DNA of 64,000 bases. Source: an uncultured Candidatus Rokubacteria bacterium (GTDB taxonomy: Bacteria > Methylomirabilota > Methylomirabilia > Rokubacteriales > CSP1-6). The notes under the pieces were generated by a model. The model made no database searches and was not told the origin of the DNA. It worked only from the letters and a program-made list of their open reading frames with translations. This document shows, one piece after another, positions 52,359 through 60,526 of this stretch (position 1 is its first letter; every line of letters begins with the position of its first letter). The position numbers and the translations under genes are program-made. The stretch spans positions 32,001-96,000 of the forward strand of contig CAVYTA010000001.1 of assembly GCA_963771355.1 (NCBI GenBank), given 5' to 3'.

Positions 52359-53180
52359 ATGCGCCTCGGCATCGTGCTGCCCCGAACGGAGACGGGCGGC
52401 CAGCCGCTGACGACCGGGAGCCTGACCGATGCGGCCCGTCGCATCGAGGAGGCCGGCTTCGACAGCGCCTGGGTGTTCGACTCCCTCGGCCGCGGCCGTC
52501 TCCTGCCCGACCCGTTGACCGCGCTCGCCGTGGCCGGCACGGTCACGCGCCGCCTCGAGCTGGGCACGGGGGTGCTACAGGTCCCACTGCGACGGCCGAT
52601 GGAGCTGGCCCACCGCGTGCTCACCACGCACCTCGTCTGCGGCGGGCGACTCCGACTCGGCGTGGGGGCGGGGTCGACCGCGGCGGACTTCGCGGCGGTG
52701 GGCGTGGACTTCACCTCCCGCTTCCGCCAGCTCGACGAGTCCCTCGGCATCATGCGGCAGCTCTGGGCGGGCGGCCGCGTCGGCGCCGCCGAGCTGGGAG
52801 CGCCGTGGCCGGTGGCCGCGGGCGGTCCGCCGATCCTGATCGGGTCCTGGGCGGGGTCCCGCTGGATCGAGCGCGCGGCCAAGGAGTTCGACGGCTGGGT
52901 GGCGTCAGGCGCTCGGAGCTCGTGGCGGCTCATCGCCGAGGGAATCGCGCGCTTCCGCGCGCTCGGAGGCAAGCGGGCCGTCCTCACCAACGTGAACGTG
53001 CGCCTCGCCGAGCAGCCGAGCCCGGACGGGCCGGACGATCCCTTCGATCTCATCGGGCCGCGATCGGTGGCCGTCGATCGGCTGCGCCACGTCCGGGAGC
53101 TGGGCTTCGACGACGTGGTGCTGGTCGCCTCGCGGCACGACGCCGCCCATCTCCGGGAGCTCCGCGAGCTCGGCGCCTAG
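52359..53180 (+). CDS. LLM-class flavin-dependent oxidoreductase
   Basis: AGFDSAWVFD, LELGTGVL, GRLRLGVGAG. Confidence 0.87.
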   Translation: MRLGIVLPRTETGGQPLTTGSLTDAARRIEEAGFDSAWVFDSLGRGRLLPDPLTALAVAGTVTRRLELGTGVLQVPLRRPMELAHRVLTTHLVCGGRLRLGVGAGSTAADFAAVGVDFTSRFRQLDESLGIMRQLWAGGRVGAAELGAPWPVAAGGPPILIGSWAGSRWIERAAKEFDGWVASGARSSWRLIAEGIARFRALGGKRAVLTNVNVRLAEQPSPDGPDDPFDLIGPRSVAVDRLRHVRELGFDDVVLVASRHDAAHLRELRELGA

Positions 53181-53785
53181 AGCTTGGGGATCTTCAGGGT
53201 CTTGCTGATCATCAGGCTACCGGAGAGAAAGAACAGCAGGACGGGGAGGTGCAGCTCCGCGCCGAGCACGCGGACCGGGTAAAGCGCGCCCAGGTAGAAG
53301 GCGAGCATCACGAGCCCGAGGGGCACGATGCTCGTGGGGATGGGTGTCCCCTCGAAGTGGTGGACCTTTCCCGTCTCGGTGGCGAGCTCGTCGGCGGTGA
53401 TGTTGAAGCGGGCCAGGCGGCTCAGCCCGCAACCCACGAAGTACATGAGGATGAGCTGATCGAGCCGGCTGTTGAGGCCCGCGGCGAAGGCGATGCCGGC
53501 CGGGGCCACGCCGAAGGAGATCACGTCGGCGAGCGAGTCCATCTCCCGCCCCATCGGGGACGCCGCGTGCCGCCAGCGCGCGATGCGTCCGTCCAGGACA
53601 TCGAAGACGAAGGCCAGGGGAATCAGGAGGGCCGCCACGTAGAGCTGGCGCCGGTCCCCGGTGGCGAGGAATCCCATGGCCTCGAACAGGGCGGCGACGC
53701 CGCAGAAGCCGTTGGCGATGGTGAAAAGATCCGCCAGGTGAAAATTGCGGATCATGGAGAAGTGCGTGCGCGGCGGGGACGCCAT
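53177..53785 (-). CDS. pssA: CDP-diacylglycerol--serine O-phosphatidyltransferase
   Basis: DVLDGRIAR...GREMDSLADVISFGVAPA, RLARFN, FEGTPIP. Confidence 0.88.
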   Translation of the reverse strand: MASPPRTHFSMIRNFHLADLFTIANGFCGVAALFEAMGFLATGDRRQLYVAALLIPLAFVFDVLDGRIARWRHAASPMGREMDSLADVISFGVAPAGIAFAAGLNSRLDQLILMYFVGCGLSRLARFNITADELATETGKVHHFEGTPIPTSIVPLGLVMLAFYLGALYPVRVLGAELHLPVLLFFLSGSLMISKTLKIPKL

Positions 53786-53896
53786 GCCGACCATCCTGCC
53801 CGGAGGCCGTGTCATGGTCAAGCTTGCCCGGAAGCGCGAGGGCGTCCCGCCCAGAACCGGGACGCCCTCGTTATCGATAGAGCTCGAGACGCTCGC

Positions 53897-55693
53897 TCAG
53901 ACGGGTCCGTACTGCCGTCGCAACGATTCGAGCAGCGCCTGAACGGGCCACGCCTGGCCCACGCCCACGAGCGAGGTCTGTACGTACAGCGGATCGACCA
54001 TGGTGCTGCCGATGCCGGCGCCGAGCGGGACGCTCGAAACCGCCGGTGCGAACTCCCGCCGCTCCGGACCCGGCTGCAGAACCCGTTCGAGCCCGTGGAG
54101 TCGAGGCAAGCCCGCGCCGCTGCGGCCGGGGCCGAAGGGGTAGGGGACGCACATCGATCGGATCGTGTTGAAGAGCGCGGCGACGCGCTCCTGGGTCCGG
54201 GCGCGCAGCGGCCCGAGGAAGGCGGGATGATGGGCGAGCAAGAGGGCGGCGAGACCGGTCACGTGGGGCGCCGCCATCGAGGTGCCCGACTGCGACTCGA
54301 AGCCGCCGGGGACGGTGGACACGATAGCCACGCCCGGAGCGCACACCGCCACCTCCGGGCCGATACAGCTGAAGCTCGGCGAGAAAATGCCATCCGGGGC
54401 GATCAGGCTGGGCCGCACCGTGGTGGCCTCCCACGTCTCGTCCGGATACTCGTTGAGGCGCCCGACCGCGCCGACCCCGAGCGTATAGGGCGATGACGCC
54501 GGATAGAGCACCGGGCCGCCGGAATTGCCTCCCGCCACGACGCAGGCGATCCCATGGAGCGCGGCCTCCTCGAGCTTCTGCTCGATCGCGAGCGAGCGCT
54601 GCACGCTACCTAGGCTCAGGTTGACGACGTCGATCTCGAGATCGAGGCAATAGTTCAGGGCCTCGAGGAGGCTGCTGAACCGGCCGCCCGGGAATACCTT
54701 CACCACATGGATCTCCGCCTCCGGCACGAAGCCGCGAAGCGCCTTGCCCGATTCGTCATGGGCGGCGATGATACCGGCGCAGTGCGAGCCGTGACCGACG
54801 ACGTCGTGCGTCCAGGTTTGAGCGTCGGCGCCGTTCATCAGGTCCACGCCGTGCCGGATGTGGCGAAGCAGCGAGTGGGTGGTGTCCACCCCGGAATCCA
54901 CGATAGCGATCCGCACCCCCTTACCCGTGAGTGTCTCCGGGAGTCGGTCGAGGCCCATCTGGCGCTGTCCCCACCCATACCGGAAGTTCCCCGGGAACCC
55001 GACCAGGGTCTCCTCGATGGCGCGGAGCCGGACCACGTTGACCTCGCCGTCCAGCAGCTCCGGCTCGGTGAGGTAGACATCCCAGTAGTTGCTCGGCGCG
55101 CTCGCAAACAGGGAGCGCGGGCGCTGCCCCGGCAGCGTGAGCAGGGGCAGGGTGATCTCGCCCCGCTTGTCCGTTCGTCCCTCCTGGGGGAAGCCCTCAC
55201 CGGCGAGGCTCACGCCGACATGGGCGAGCGGCTTCTCGGCGTCGCCGATCACCCGGAAGCGGATCTGGCGGGTCTCGACGCTGCCGGCATGGTTCCAGGA
55301 GGCGAGCCGCGTCGGCGCGGGGCGTGAGAGTCCGGCCGGCGTCCCGTATTCGAGCGCAGCGTCCTCCTCGAGGAGGAGCGGCGGGGGAAGCATCTGGCTG
55401 ACCAGCTCCGCACGGTCGTGATCGATTCGCACCACGTACACCTCGGTCGCCTCGTCGGGGACCAGCGAGTAGGCGGAGACCGCCCGTCGCGGGCGTAGCA
55501 CGCGCACGATGTCCAGACCCGGAAGCTGTCCGATCACGGCGCGCACGGCGCCGGCCGGCATGGGCCGTAGGCCTGCGTTGAGTGCCTGGCTTCCACGCCG
55601 CGGGGCGAGGATGAACTGCCGCTTGCCTTGCTGCAGGATTCGCGTCGCCGGCGGCGGCGTCACGCTCGGGGGCCTGATGCCTTCATCGGCCAT
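53897..55693 (-). CDS. S8 (subtilisin-like) serine peptidase without signal peptide
   Basis: Triad IVDSG, GHGSHCAG, SGTSMAAPH. Oxyanion GN. GGAGG precedes ATG 55693. Confidence 0.93.
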   Translation of the reverse strand: MADEGIRPPSVTPPPATRILQQGKRQFILAPRRGSQALNAGLRPMPAGAVRAVIGQLPGLDIVRVLRPRRAVSAYSLVPDEATEVYVVRIDHDRAELVSQMLPPPLLLEEDAALEYGTPAGLSRPAPTRLASWNHAGSVETRQIRFRVIGDAEKPLAHVGVSLAGEGFPQEGRTDKRGEITLPLLTLPGQRPRSLFASAPSNYWDVYLTEPELLDGEVNVVRLRAIEETLVGFPGNFRYGWGQRQMGLDRLPETLTGKGVRIAIVDSGVDTTHSLLRHIRHGVDLMNGADAQTWTHDVVGHGSHCAGIIAAHDESGKALRGFVPEAEIHVVKVFPGGRFSSLLEALNYCLDLEIDVVNLSLGSVQRSLAIEQKLEEAALHGIACVVAGGNSGGPVLYPASSPYTLGVGAVGRLNEYPDETWEATTVRPSLIAPDGIFSPSFSCIGPEVAVCAPGVAIVSTVPGGFESQSGTSMAAPHVTGLAALLLAHHPAFLGPLRARTQERVAALFNTIRSMCVPYPFGPGRSGAGLPRLHGLERVLQPGPERREFAPAVSSVPLGAGIGSTMVDPLYVQTSLVGVGQAWPVQALLESLRRQYGPV

Positions 55694-55730
55694 TGGGGGA
55701 TCCTCCATGGTAGACGGTGTTTCCGTTCCC

Positions 55731-55764
55731 GATGGGGCGGACGGTCCCGGCCGTCCGCCCCATC
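55731..55764. promoter_or_regulatory. 14-bp perfect intercistronic stem-loop
   Basis: GATGGGGCGGACGG-tcccgg-CCGTCCGCCCCATC, with no U-tract. Confidence 0.75.
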
Positions 55765-55792
55765 CCGCTGTCGAGCCGGTCTACGTCACGAA

Positions 55793-55821
55793 ACGCTGCA
55801 TCAGCAGGACGCTGCATCAGC
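55793..55821. repeat. 13-bp direct repeat at the stop codon of the Q/G/P-rich gene
   Basis: ACGCTGCATCAGC at 55793-55805 and 55809-55821. Confidence 0.75.
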
Positions 55822-56267
55822 CGGCGTAGGTCAGGATGCCGCGACCCGCCGCGCCGGAATACTGGGGCTGTCCCGCCCAGCCCCCGGTGGCCTGCCAGGG
55901 CGACGGCCAGAGCTGCGACTGGCCATACTGCGGCTGGCCGAACGGCGACTGCCCGAACGGCGCACTGCCCGAACGGCTGCATCTGCCCGAACTGTGGCGG
56001 CCCGAACTGGCCCGGCACATGGCCAAAGAGACTCTGCGGGGTCAAGCCGGCCAGGGGCGACCCGGCAATCTGCTGTGTGAGGCCGGCGAGCTGCGCTTGC
56101 TGAAGGCTCTGTGCCACCAGGTTCACGATCGAGCTCTGCGGGACGAGGCCGATGATCGGCACGAAGCCCGCCATCGGCGGCTGGCCGAACTGCTGGTACG
56201 GCCCGGGCTGGTGTCCGAGCGCTCCTAGGGGTGCGAACGCGTGCTGGGTGGAGGTGTCGAACATCAT
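55817..56267 (-). CDS. 149-aa Gln/Gly/Pro/Phe-rich low-complexity FG-repeat protein (+1 frameshift at 55963)
   Basis: AAAGGAG RBS. One 15-nt repeat unit (GCCCGAACGGCGACT) carries an extra C. Removing it joins MMFDTSTQH... to ...SPFGQSPFGQPQYGQ...GILTYAG*. Confidence 0.75.
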
Positions 56268-56321
56268 TCGGACTCCTTTCTGGTGTCTGGGATGAGGTAC
56301 CGGCCGACGTGGAGAGGCATC

Positions 56322-56336
56322 GCAATCCGCTTGCCA
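56322..56336 (-). promoter_or_regulatory. sigma54 (-24/-12) promoter
   Basis: TGGCAAGCGGATTGC, exact GG-N10-GC spacing, about 55 bp upstream of ATG 56267 and directly downstream of a bEBP gene. Confidence 0.85.
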
Positions 56337-56419
56337 GCTTCGGCAGACGACGGCAAGACGCTACCGACAAATGCATTTCTCGATCTGGTCGATGGGGGCG
56401 CGGATTGCCGTGCGCGGAA

Positions 56420-56512
56420 GCGGGCGCCAGAGCGCCACACGTGCGGCATCCCGAGCTCGAGAGGAGGAGCGGAAGTTCGGGAGCTTAGCGGCGGTGTGGC
56501 GGTTCCGCCCGC
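56420..56512. promoter_or_regulatory. Candidate enhancer (UAS) pair
   Basis: GTGTGGCG-N6-CGCCCGC on minus (56420-56440) and GTGTGGCG-N4-CGCCCGC on plus (56494-56512). Confidence 0.4.
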
Positions 56513-56528
56513 GGTGAGCGCCCGCGTC

Positions 56529-57530
56529 TCACTGGCGCTCGCCCGGAGAGATCCCGTGCCGCTTGGTCAGCCGATAGAGCGTGCGGCGGTGGATACCGAG
56601 GAGCTGGGCGGCGAGCTTCTTGTTCCACCCCGCTTCTTTCAGCGCCCGCCGCAAATGGCCTTTGACCACCTCTTGAAGGCTCAAGGGCGGTGCGGCGGCG
56701 GCTCCCGCCCCTTCGACGGCATCGACGAGCTTGCGCGGCAGGTCCTCAGGGGAGAGGAGGGAACTCGCGCTCAGGGCGGCGGCCTGCTCGACGGCGTGCT
56801 GGAGCTCACGGACGTTTCCAGGCCAGTCGTAGGCGACGAGCCGGGCCATGGCCTCGGGGGTGATGCGGCACGCCGGCCGGGCGTTCACGTCGGCGTAGGC
56901 TTCCAGGAAATGACGCGCGAGGAGGGGGATGTCCTCACGGCGCTCCCGCAGCGGAGGCAGGGAGATCGTCACGACGCTCAGCCGGTAAAAGAGATCCTCC
57001 CGGAACTTGCCGTCCGCGACGAGCGCGCCCAGATCCTTGTTCGTGGCGGCGATGACCCGGACGTCGACCTTGAAGCGATCGGTTCCGCCTACCCGCCGCA
57101 CCTCGCGCTCCTGGAGCACGCGCAGGAGGCGCGCCTGCACGCCGGGGCTGACCTCGCCGATCTCATCGAGGAAGCACGTCCCTCCCCCCGCCACCTCGAA
57201 GAGTCCCCGCTTGTCCGCGACGGCGCCGGTGAAGGCCCCCTTTGTATGGCCGAAGAGCTCGGTCTCCAGCAGGCTTTCCGCGAGCGCGCTGCAGTCGACG
57301 GGGACGAACGGCTGGTCGCTCCGGCGGCTCGCGGTATGGACGGCCCGCGCGATCAGCTCCTTGCCGGTGCCGGTCTCTCCCTGGATGAGGACGGTGCTCG
57401 TCGTCGGGGCCACGCGCGCGACCATCCGGTACACCTCGAGCATCGGCTCCGCGATGCCCACGATACCGTGGATCTCGCCGCTCGGATCGGTCGCCGCCGG
57501 GGCGGTCTCCGTGAACCGGGACTGGGCCAT
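56529..57530 (-). CDS. sigma54-dependent enhancer-binding protein (AAA+ plus Fis HTH), no N-terminal sensor
   Basis: GETGTGKE, ELFGHTKGAFTGA, FLDEIGE, REDLFYRL, WPGNVREL, AAQLLGIHRRTLY. AAGGAGG RBS. Only about 20 aa precede the AAA+ domain. Confidence 0.93.
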   Translation of the reverse strand: MAQSRFTETAPAATDPSGEIHGIVGIAEPMLEVYRMVARVAPTTSTVLIQGETGTGKELIARAVHTASRRSDQPFVPVDCSALAESLLETELFGHTKGAFTGAVADKRGLFEVAGGGTCFLDEIGEVSPGVQARLLRVLQEREVRRVGGTDRFKVDVRVIAATNKDLGALVADGKFREDLFYRLSVVTISLPPLRERREDIPLLARHFLEAYADVNARPACRITPEAMARLVAYDWPGNVRELQHAVEQAAALSASSLLSPEDLPRKLVDAVEGAGAAAAPPLSLQEVVKGHLRRALKEAGWNKKLAAQLLGIHRRTLYRLTKRHGISPGERQ

Positions 57531-57674
57531 CACTTCCTCCTTCGACGCGGTCGAGGGTCGGTCATTCGGGGATGTCGGTGGACGCGTGCGTTCGGAGGTG
57601 ACGACGGATCAGTGCGGACTATCGTGGCGCGGAGTTAGAGTCATTTCGGTGACGTTCGGACTCTCGACGAATTC

Positions 57675-57704
57675 ACGCTAGCCCCGGCATCGGGGGGCTG
57701 TCAA
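57675..57704 (-). promoter_or_regulatory. sigma70 promoter of the bEBP gene
   Basis: TTGACA-N18-TAGCGT on the minus strand. Confidence 0.55.
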
Positions 57705-57787
57705 GCAAATCCGGGAAATGTGACTCTTCGGTTGCGATCAGAGCCGGCGAGAGGCGACCGCGGCGAGATCCATCGGCGTCCCGGATC

Positions 57788-58705
57788 CTAGACGGGCCCG
57801 GATGCCGTCCGCCCGGCCACTTGCGGGGTGGTGGGCCCGTCGCCCATCAGCGTCGTGCGCCGCATGTCCCGCGGCTCGTGGGCCGGGAATGGACGCGCGC
57901 GGTGCATGGTCTGGCGGTTGTCCCAGATGACGAGGTCGTGCACCCGCCATGCGTGCGCGTAGACGAACTGGCGCTGGGTGGCGTGCTCGACCAGATCGCG
58001 CAGGAAGGCACGCGCCTCCGGCACCGGCCAGTCGAGGATGCCGCCGGCGTGCGAGGAGAGATACAGCGACTTCCGGCCCGTGACCGGGTGCGTACGCACC
58101 AGCACCTGGCGGACGGGAGCGAAGCGCTCGCGCTCCTCGTCGGTGAAGTCGGTGAAGCCAAGGATCGAGCGCGAGAAGATCTGGGAGTGCTCGCAGATCA
58201 GGCCCTCGACCTCTGCCTTGGTCTCGGCGTCCAGCGCGTCGTAGGCCGCCCGCATATCGGCGAACTCCGTGTTGCCGCCACGGGACGGAACGCTGCGAGC
58301 GTGGAGCAGGGAGTACTTCGCCGGGGTGGGCTTGAACGAGCTGTCGGAGTGCCAGAGGCGATTGCCCAGGCCGAACAGCCGCGGCCGGTCGTCCCGCTTG
58401 AACACCTGGTTGTCCTTGTTCAGGTTCGACACGTCCGCAAAGGTGGTGGGCAGGCGCGCGTCATTGTCCGCGCGGAGGCCGGTGCCGATGGCGTGCTCGA
58501 TGTCGCCCAGGCCGCGCGTGAAGGCGAGCTGCTGGTCGTTGTCGAGCTTCTGGTCGTGGAAGACCAGCACCGCGTACTGATCCATGCCGGCGTGGACGGC
58601 GGCGTTCTCCTCGGGCGAGAGGGGACGCCGGAGGTCGAGGCCCTCGACCTCGCCGGCGAAGCAGGGCCCGACCTGACGGATGCGGATCGACGTGGCCACG
58701 GTCAT
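57788..58705 (-). CDS. TauD/TfdA family Fe(II)/2-oxoglutarate dioxygenase (TfdA-like)
   Basis: WHSDSSF, TEFADMRAAYD, HPVTGRKSLY, WDNRQTMHR. Confidence 0.92.
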   Translation of the reverse strand: MTVATSIRIRQVGPCFAGEVEGLDLRRPLSPEENAAVHAGMDQYAVLVFHDQKLDNDQQLAFTRGLGDIEHAIGTGLRADNDARLPTTFADVSNLNKDNQVFKRDDRPRLFGLGNRLWHSDSSFKPTPAKYSLLHARSVPSRGGNTEFADMRAAYDALDAETKAEVEGLICEHSQIFSRSILGFTDFTDEERERFAPVRQVLVRTHPVTGRKSLYLSSHAGGILDWPVPEARAFLRDLVEHATQRQFVYAHAWRVHDLVIWDNRQTMHRARPFPAHEPRDMRRTTLMGDGPTTPQVAGRTASGPV

Positions 58706-58928
58706 GGCATGCCTCCGTAGAGCGGTTTCGTGGCCGGGGCCGCGCCCTCGGCCAGCGTTGCCAGCCTCGCCCAGGCGATGTCCGGATGTACGCGCCCGTC
58801 CAGGAGCTTCCCGTCCAGGCCTGCCGAGTGCTGGCGCCGGGTCATCCGTTCGATCCTGCCCTGAGGCCCTCGCCGGGTCAAGTTGCCCCGGCGGTCGGCC
58901 CCGGATGTGAAACACTCGAGACATACGG

Positions 58929-59351
58929 ATGGAGCCCCGGGACATCGAACGAGGGGACGCCCGGCTGCGGAAGGCGGCGATCCTGGCCTTGCTGCTCACG
59001 CTCGGGGTGGGCGCGGGCGCGATTGTCGGGCTGCAGCACTGGCTCGACTCGCTGCGAGTGCGGCCCGCTCCGGAGGCGAGGCAGGCGCTCGCCACGGCAC
59101 TGGTGTGGAGCACCGGCACGATCTGCGTCGTGATCCTGGCCGCGGCCGTCCACGCGTGGCGACTGGGCGCGCGCGTCCGCGACGCGTCTCGATTTCCGCC
59201 GCCGGGGATGCGGGTCATCCGCGACACGGTCGTTCTTCATGGGTCGGCGGCCCGGCGTCGAGGCCAGCTCTTGCAGGGACTCGCGGTGGCACTGGTGCTG
59301 GGCGGGGTGGGCCTGTTCGTGGCCGCGTTGCGTCTGTATTCAGCGCCGTGA
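58929..59351 (+). CDS. Hypothetical 3-TM membrane protein
   Basis: Three hydrophobic segments and RFPPPGMRVIRDT. Fills the gap between neighbours. Confidence 0.65.
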   Translation: MEPRDIERGDARLRKAAILALLLTLGVGAGAIVGLQHWLDSLRVRPAPEARQALATALVWSTGTICVVILAAAVHAWRLGARVRDASRFPPPGMRVIRDTVVLHGSAARRRGQLLQGLAVALVLGGVGLFVAALRLYSAP

Positions 59352-59527
59352 GGCGACGGGGCTGGCGCGAGCGGACAAGGTGATTGAATGAGGTGCCGCG
59401 GTCATGGGGTCCACGCCACGCGACTCACGACCGAGTAGCCGGCTTCCCGAAAGCCCCCCAACTTTGCTACTCTTTGCGGGAGCCGGGGCCGAGGTCAGGG
59501 CCTCGCCACAGGGGGACGTCGAGCGCG

Positions 59528-60460
59528 ATGCCGAGCAATACGAAAGAGCTCAGGATCTGGATGAATGGGAAGCTGGTCTCACAGGCGGAGGCGGTGCTGC
59601 CGGTGAACAGCGCGGCGGTGTTCTACGCCACCAACGTCTTCGAGGGCCTTCGGGCCTACTGGAACGAGAAGGACGGAGAGCTCTATGCCTTCCGCCTGGC
59701 CGAGCACTTCGCCCGGCTGCGGGAGTCCATGAAGATGATGCGGTTCACCGTGCCCTACGCCGACCTCGATCTCTACGAGGCGGTGCGCGACACGCTCAAG
59801 GGCAACGAGCTGCGCGAGGACGTGCACATGCACCTGGTGGCCTATGTGAGCGGCGCCGGGCTCGACGCCACGTCGCCCACCGGGCTCTACATCAATCCGC
59901 GCCGTCGCGCGCGCATCGCCGAGGGCGCGGGGCTGAATTGCTGCATCACCTCGTGGCAGCGCACCTCGGACAATGCCATCCCCATCCGGCTCAAGTCCGG
60001 CTCCAACTACCAGAACGGCCGCCTCGCCACGCTCCAGGCCAAGGCCGACGGCTATGACGCGCCCATCTTCCTGAATCAAGGCGGGACGGTGGCGGAGGGG
60101 TCCGGGGCCACCTTCTTCATGATCCGGCGCGGGCAGCTCATCACGCCGCCGCTGACCAGCGACATCCTCGAGTCCATCACGCGGACCACCCTCATCGAGT
60201 CCATCGCGCCGGCGCTGGGCATGGAGGTGGTGGAGCGGCACATCGCGCGCACGGAGCTCTACGTCGCCGACGAGGCCTTCTTCTGCGGCAGCGGCTACGA
60301 GATCACGCCGATCCTGTCCGTGGACCGCTTCAAGCTGGGTCAAGGCGGGGTGGGGCCGCTCACGCAGCGGCTGATGGACACCTACATGAACGTCGTGCGC
60401 GGCGTGGACTCGCGCTTCCCGGAGTGGCGGACGCCCGTCTACCGCGCGGTCACCGTCTAG
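59528..60460 (+). CDS. ilvE: Branched-chain amino acid aminotransferase (class IV)
   Basis: IWMNGKLV, FEGLRAY, KSGSNY, EGSGA, ILESITR, DEAFFCGS..EITPI. Confidence 0.88.
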   Translation: MPSNTKELRIWMNGKLVSQAEAVLPVNSAAVFYATNVFEGLRAYWNEKDGELYAFRLAEHFARLRESMKMMRFTVPYADLDLYEAVRDTLKGNELREDVHMHLVAYVSGAGLDATSPTGLYINPRRRARIAEGAGLNCCITSWQRTSDNAIPIRLKSGSNYQNGRLATLQAKADGYDAPIFLNQGGTVAEGSGATFFMIRRGQLITPPLTSDILESITRTTLIESIAPALGMEVVERHIARTELYVADEAFFCGSGYEITPILSVDRFKLGQGGVGPLTQRLMDTYMNVVRGVDSRFPEWRTPVYRAVTV

Positions 60461-60526
60461 CCCGCCCGCATCATGCCGGTGCGCGCTCGATCCGGGCGCG
60501 CGCCGGCCGAGCTTCTACTCCTGCTT

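Noticed and set aside
55920..56012. GCCCGAAC-containing tandem repeats as a CRISPR array
   Set aside because: Units are 15-18 nt coding repeats with no spacers, and no cas genes are present.
55683..56267. 194-aa version of the Q-rich ORF overlapping the protease start
   Set aside because: Composition switches to Arg/Ala-rich shadow sequence exactly at the extra base 55963, while the FGQ repeats continue in the other frame.
56394..56408. Second sigma54-like box on the plus strand (GGGGGCGCGGATTGC)
   Set aside because: The -24 element is poor and it would point antisense into the bEBP gene.
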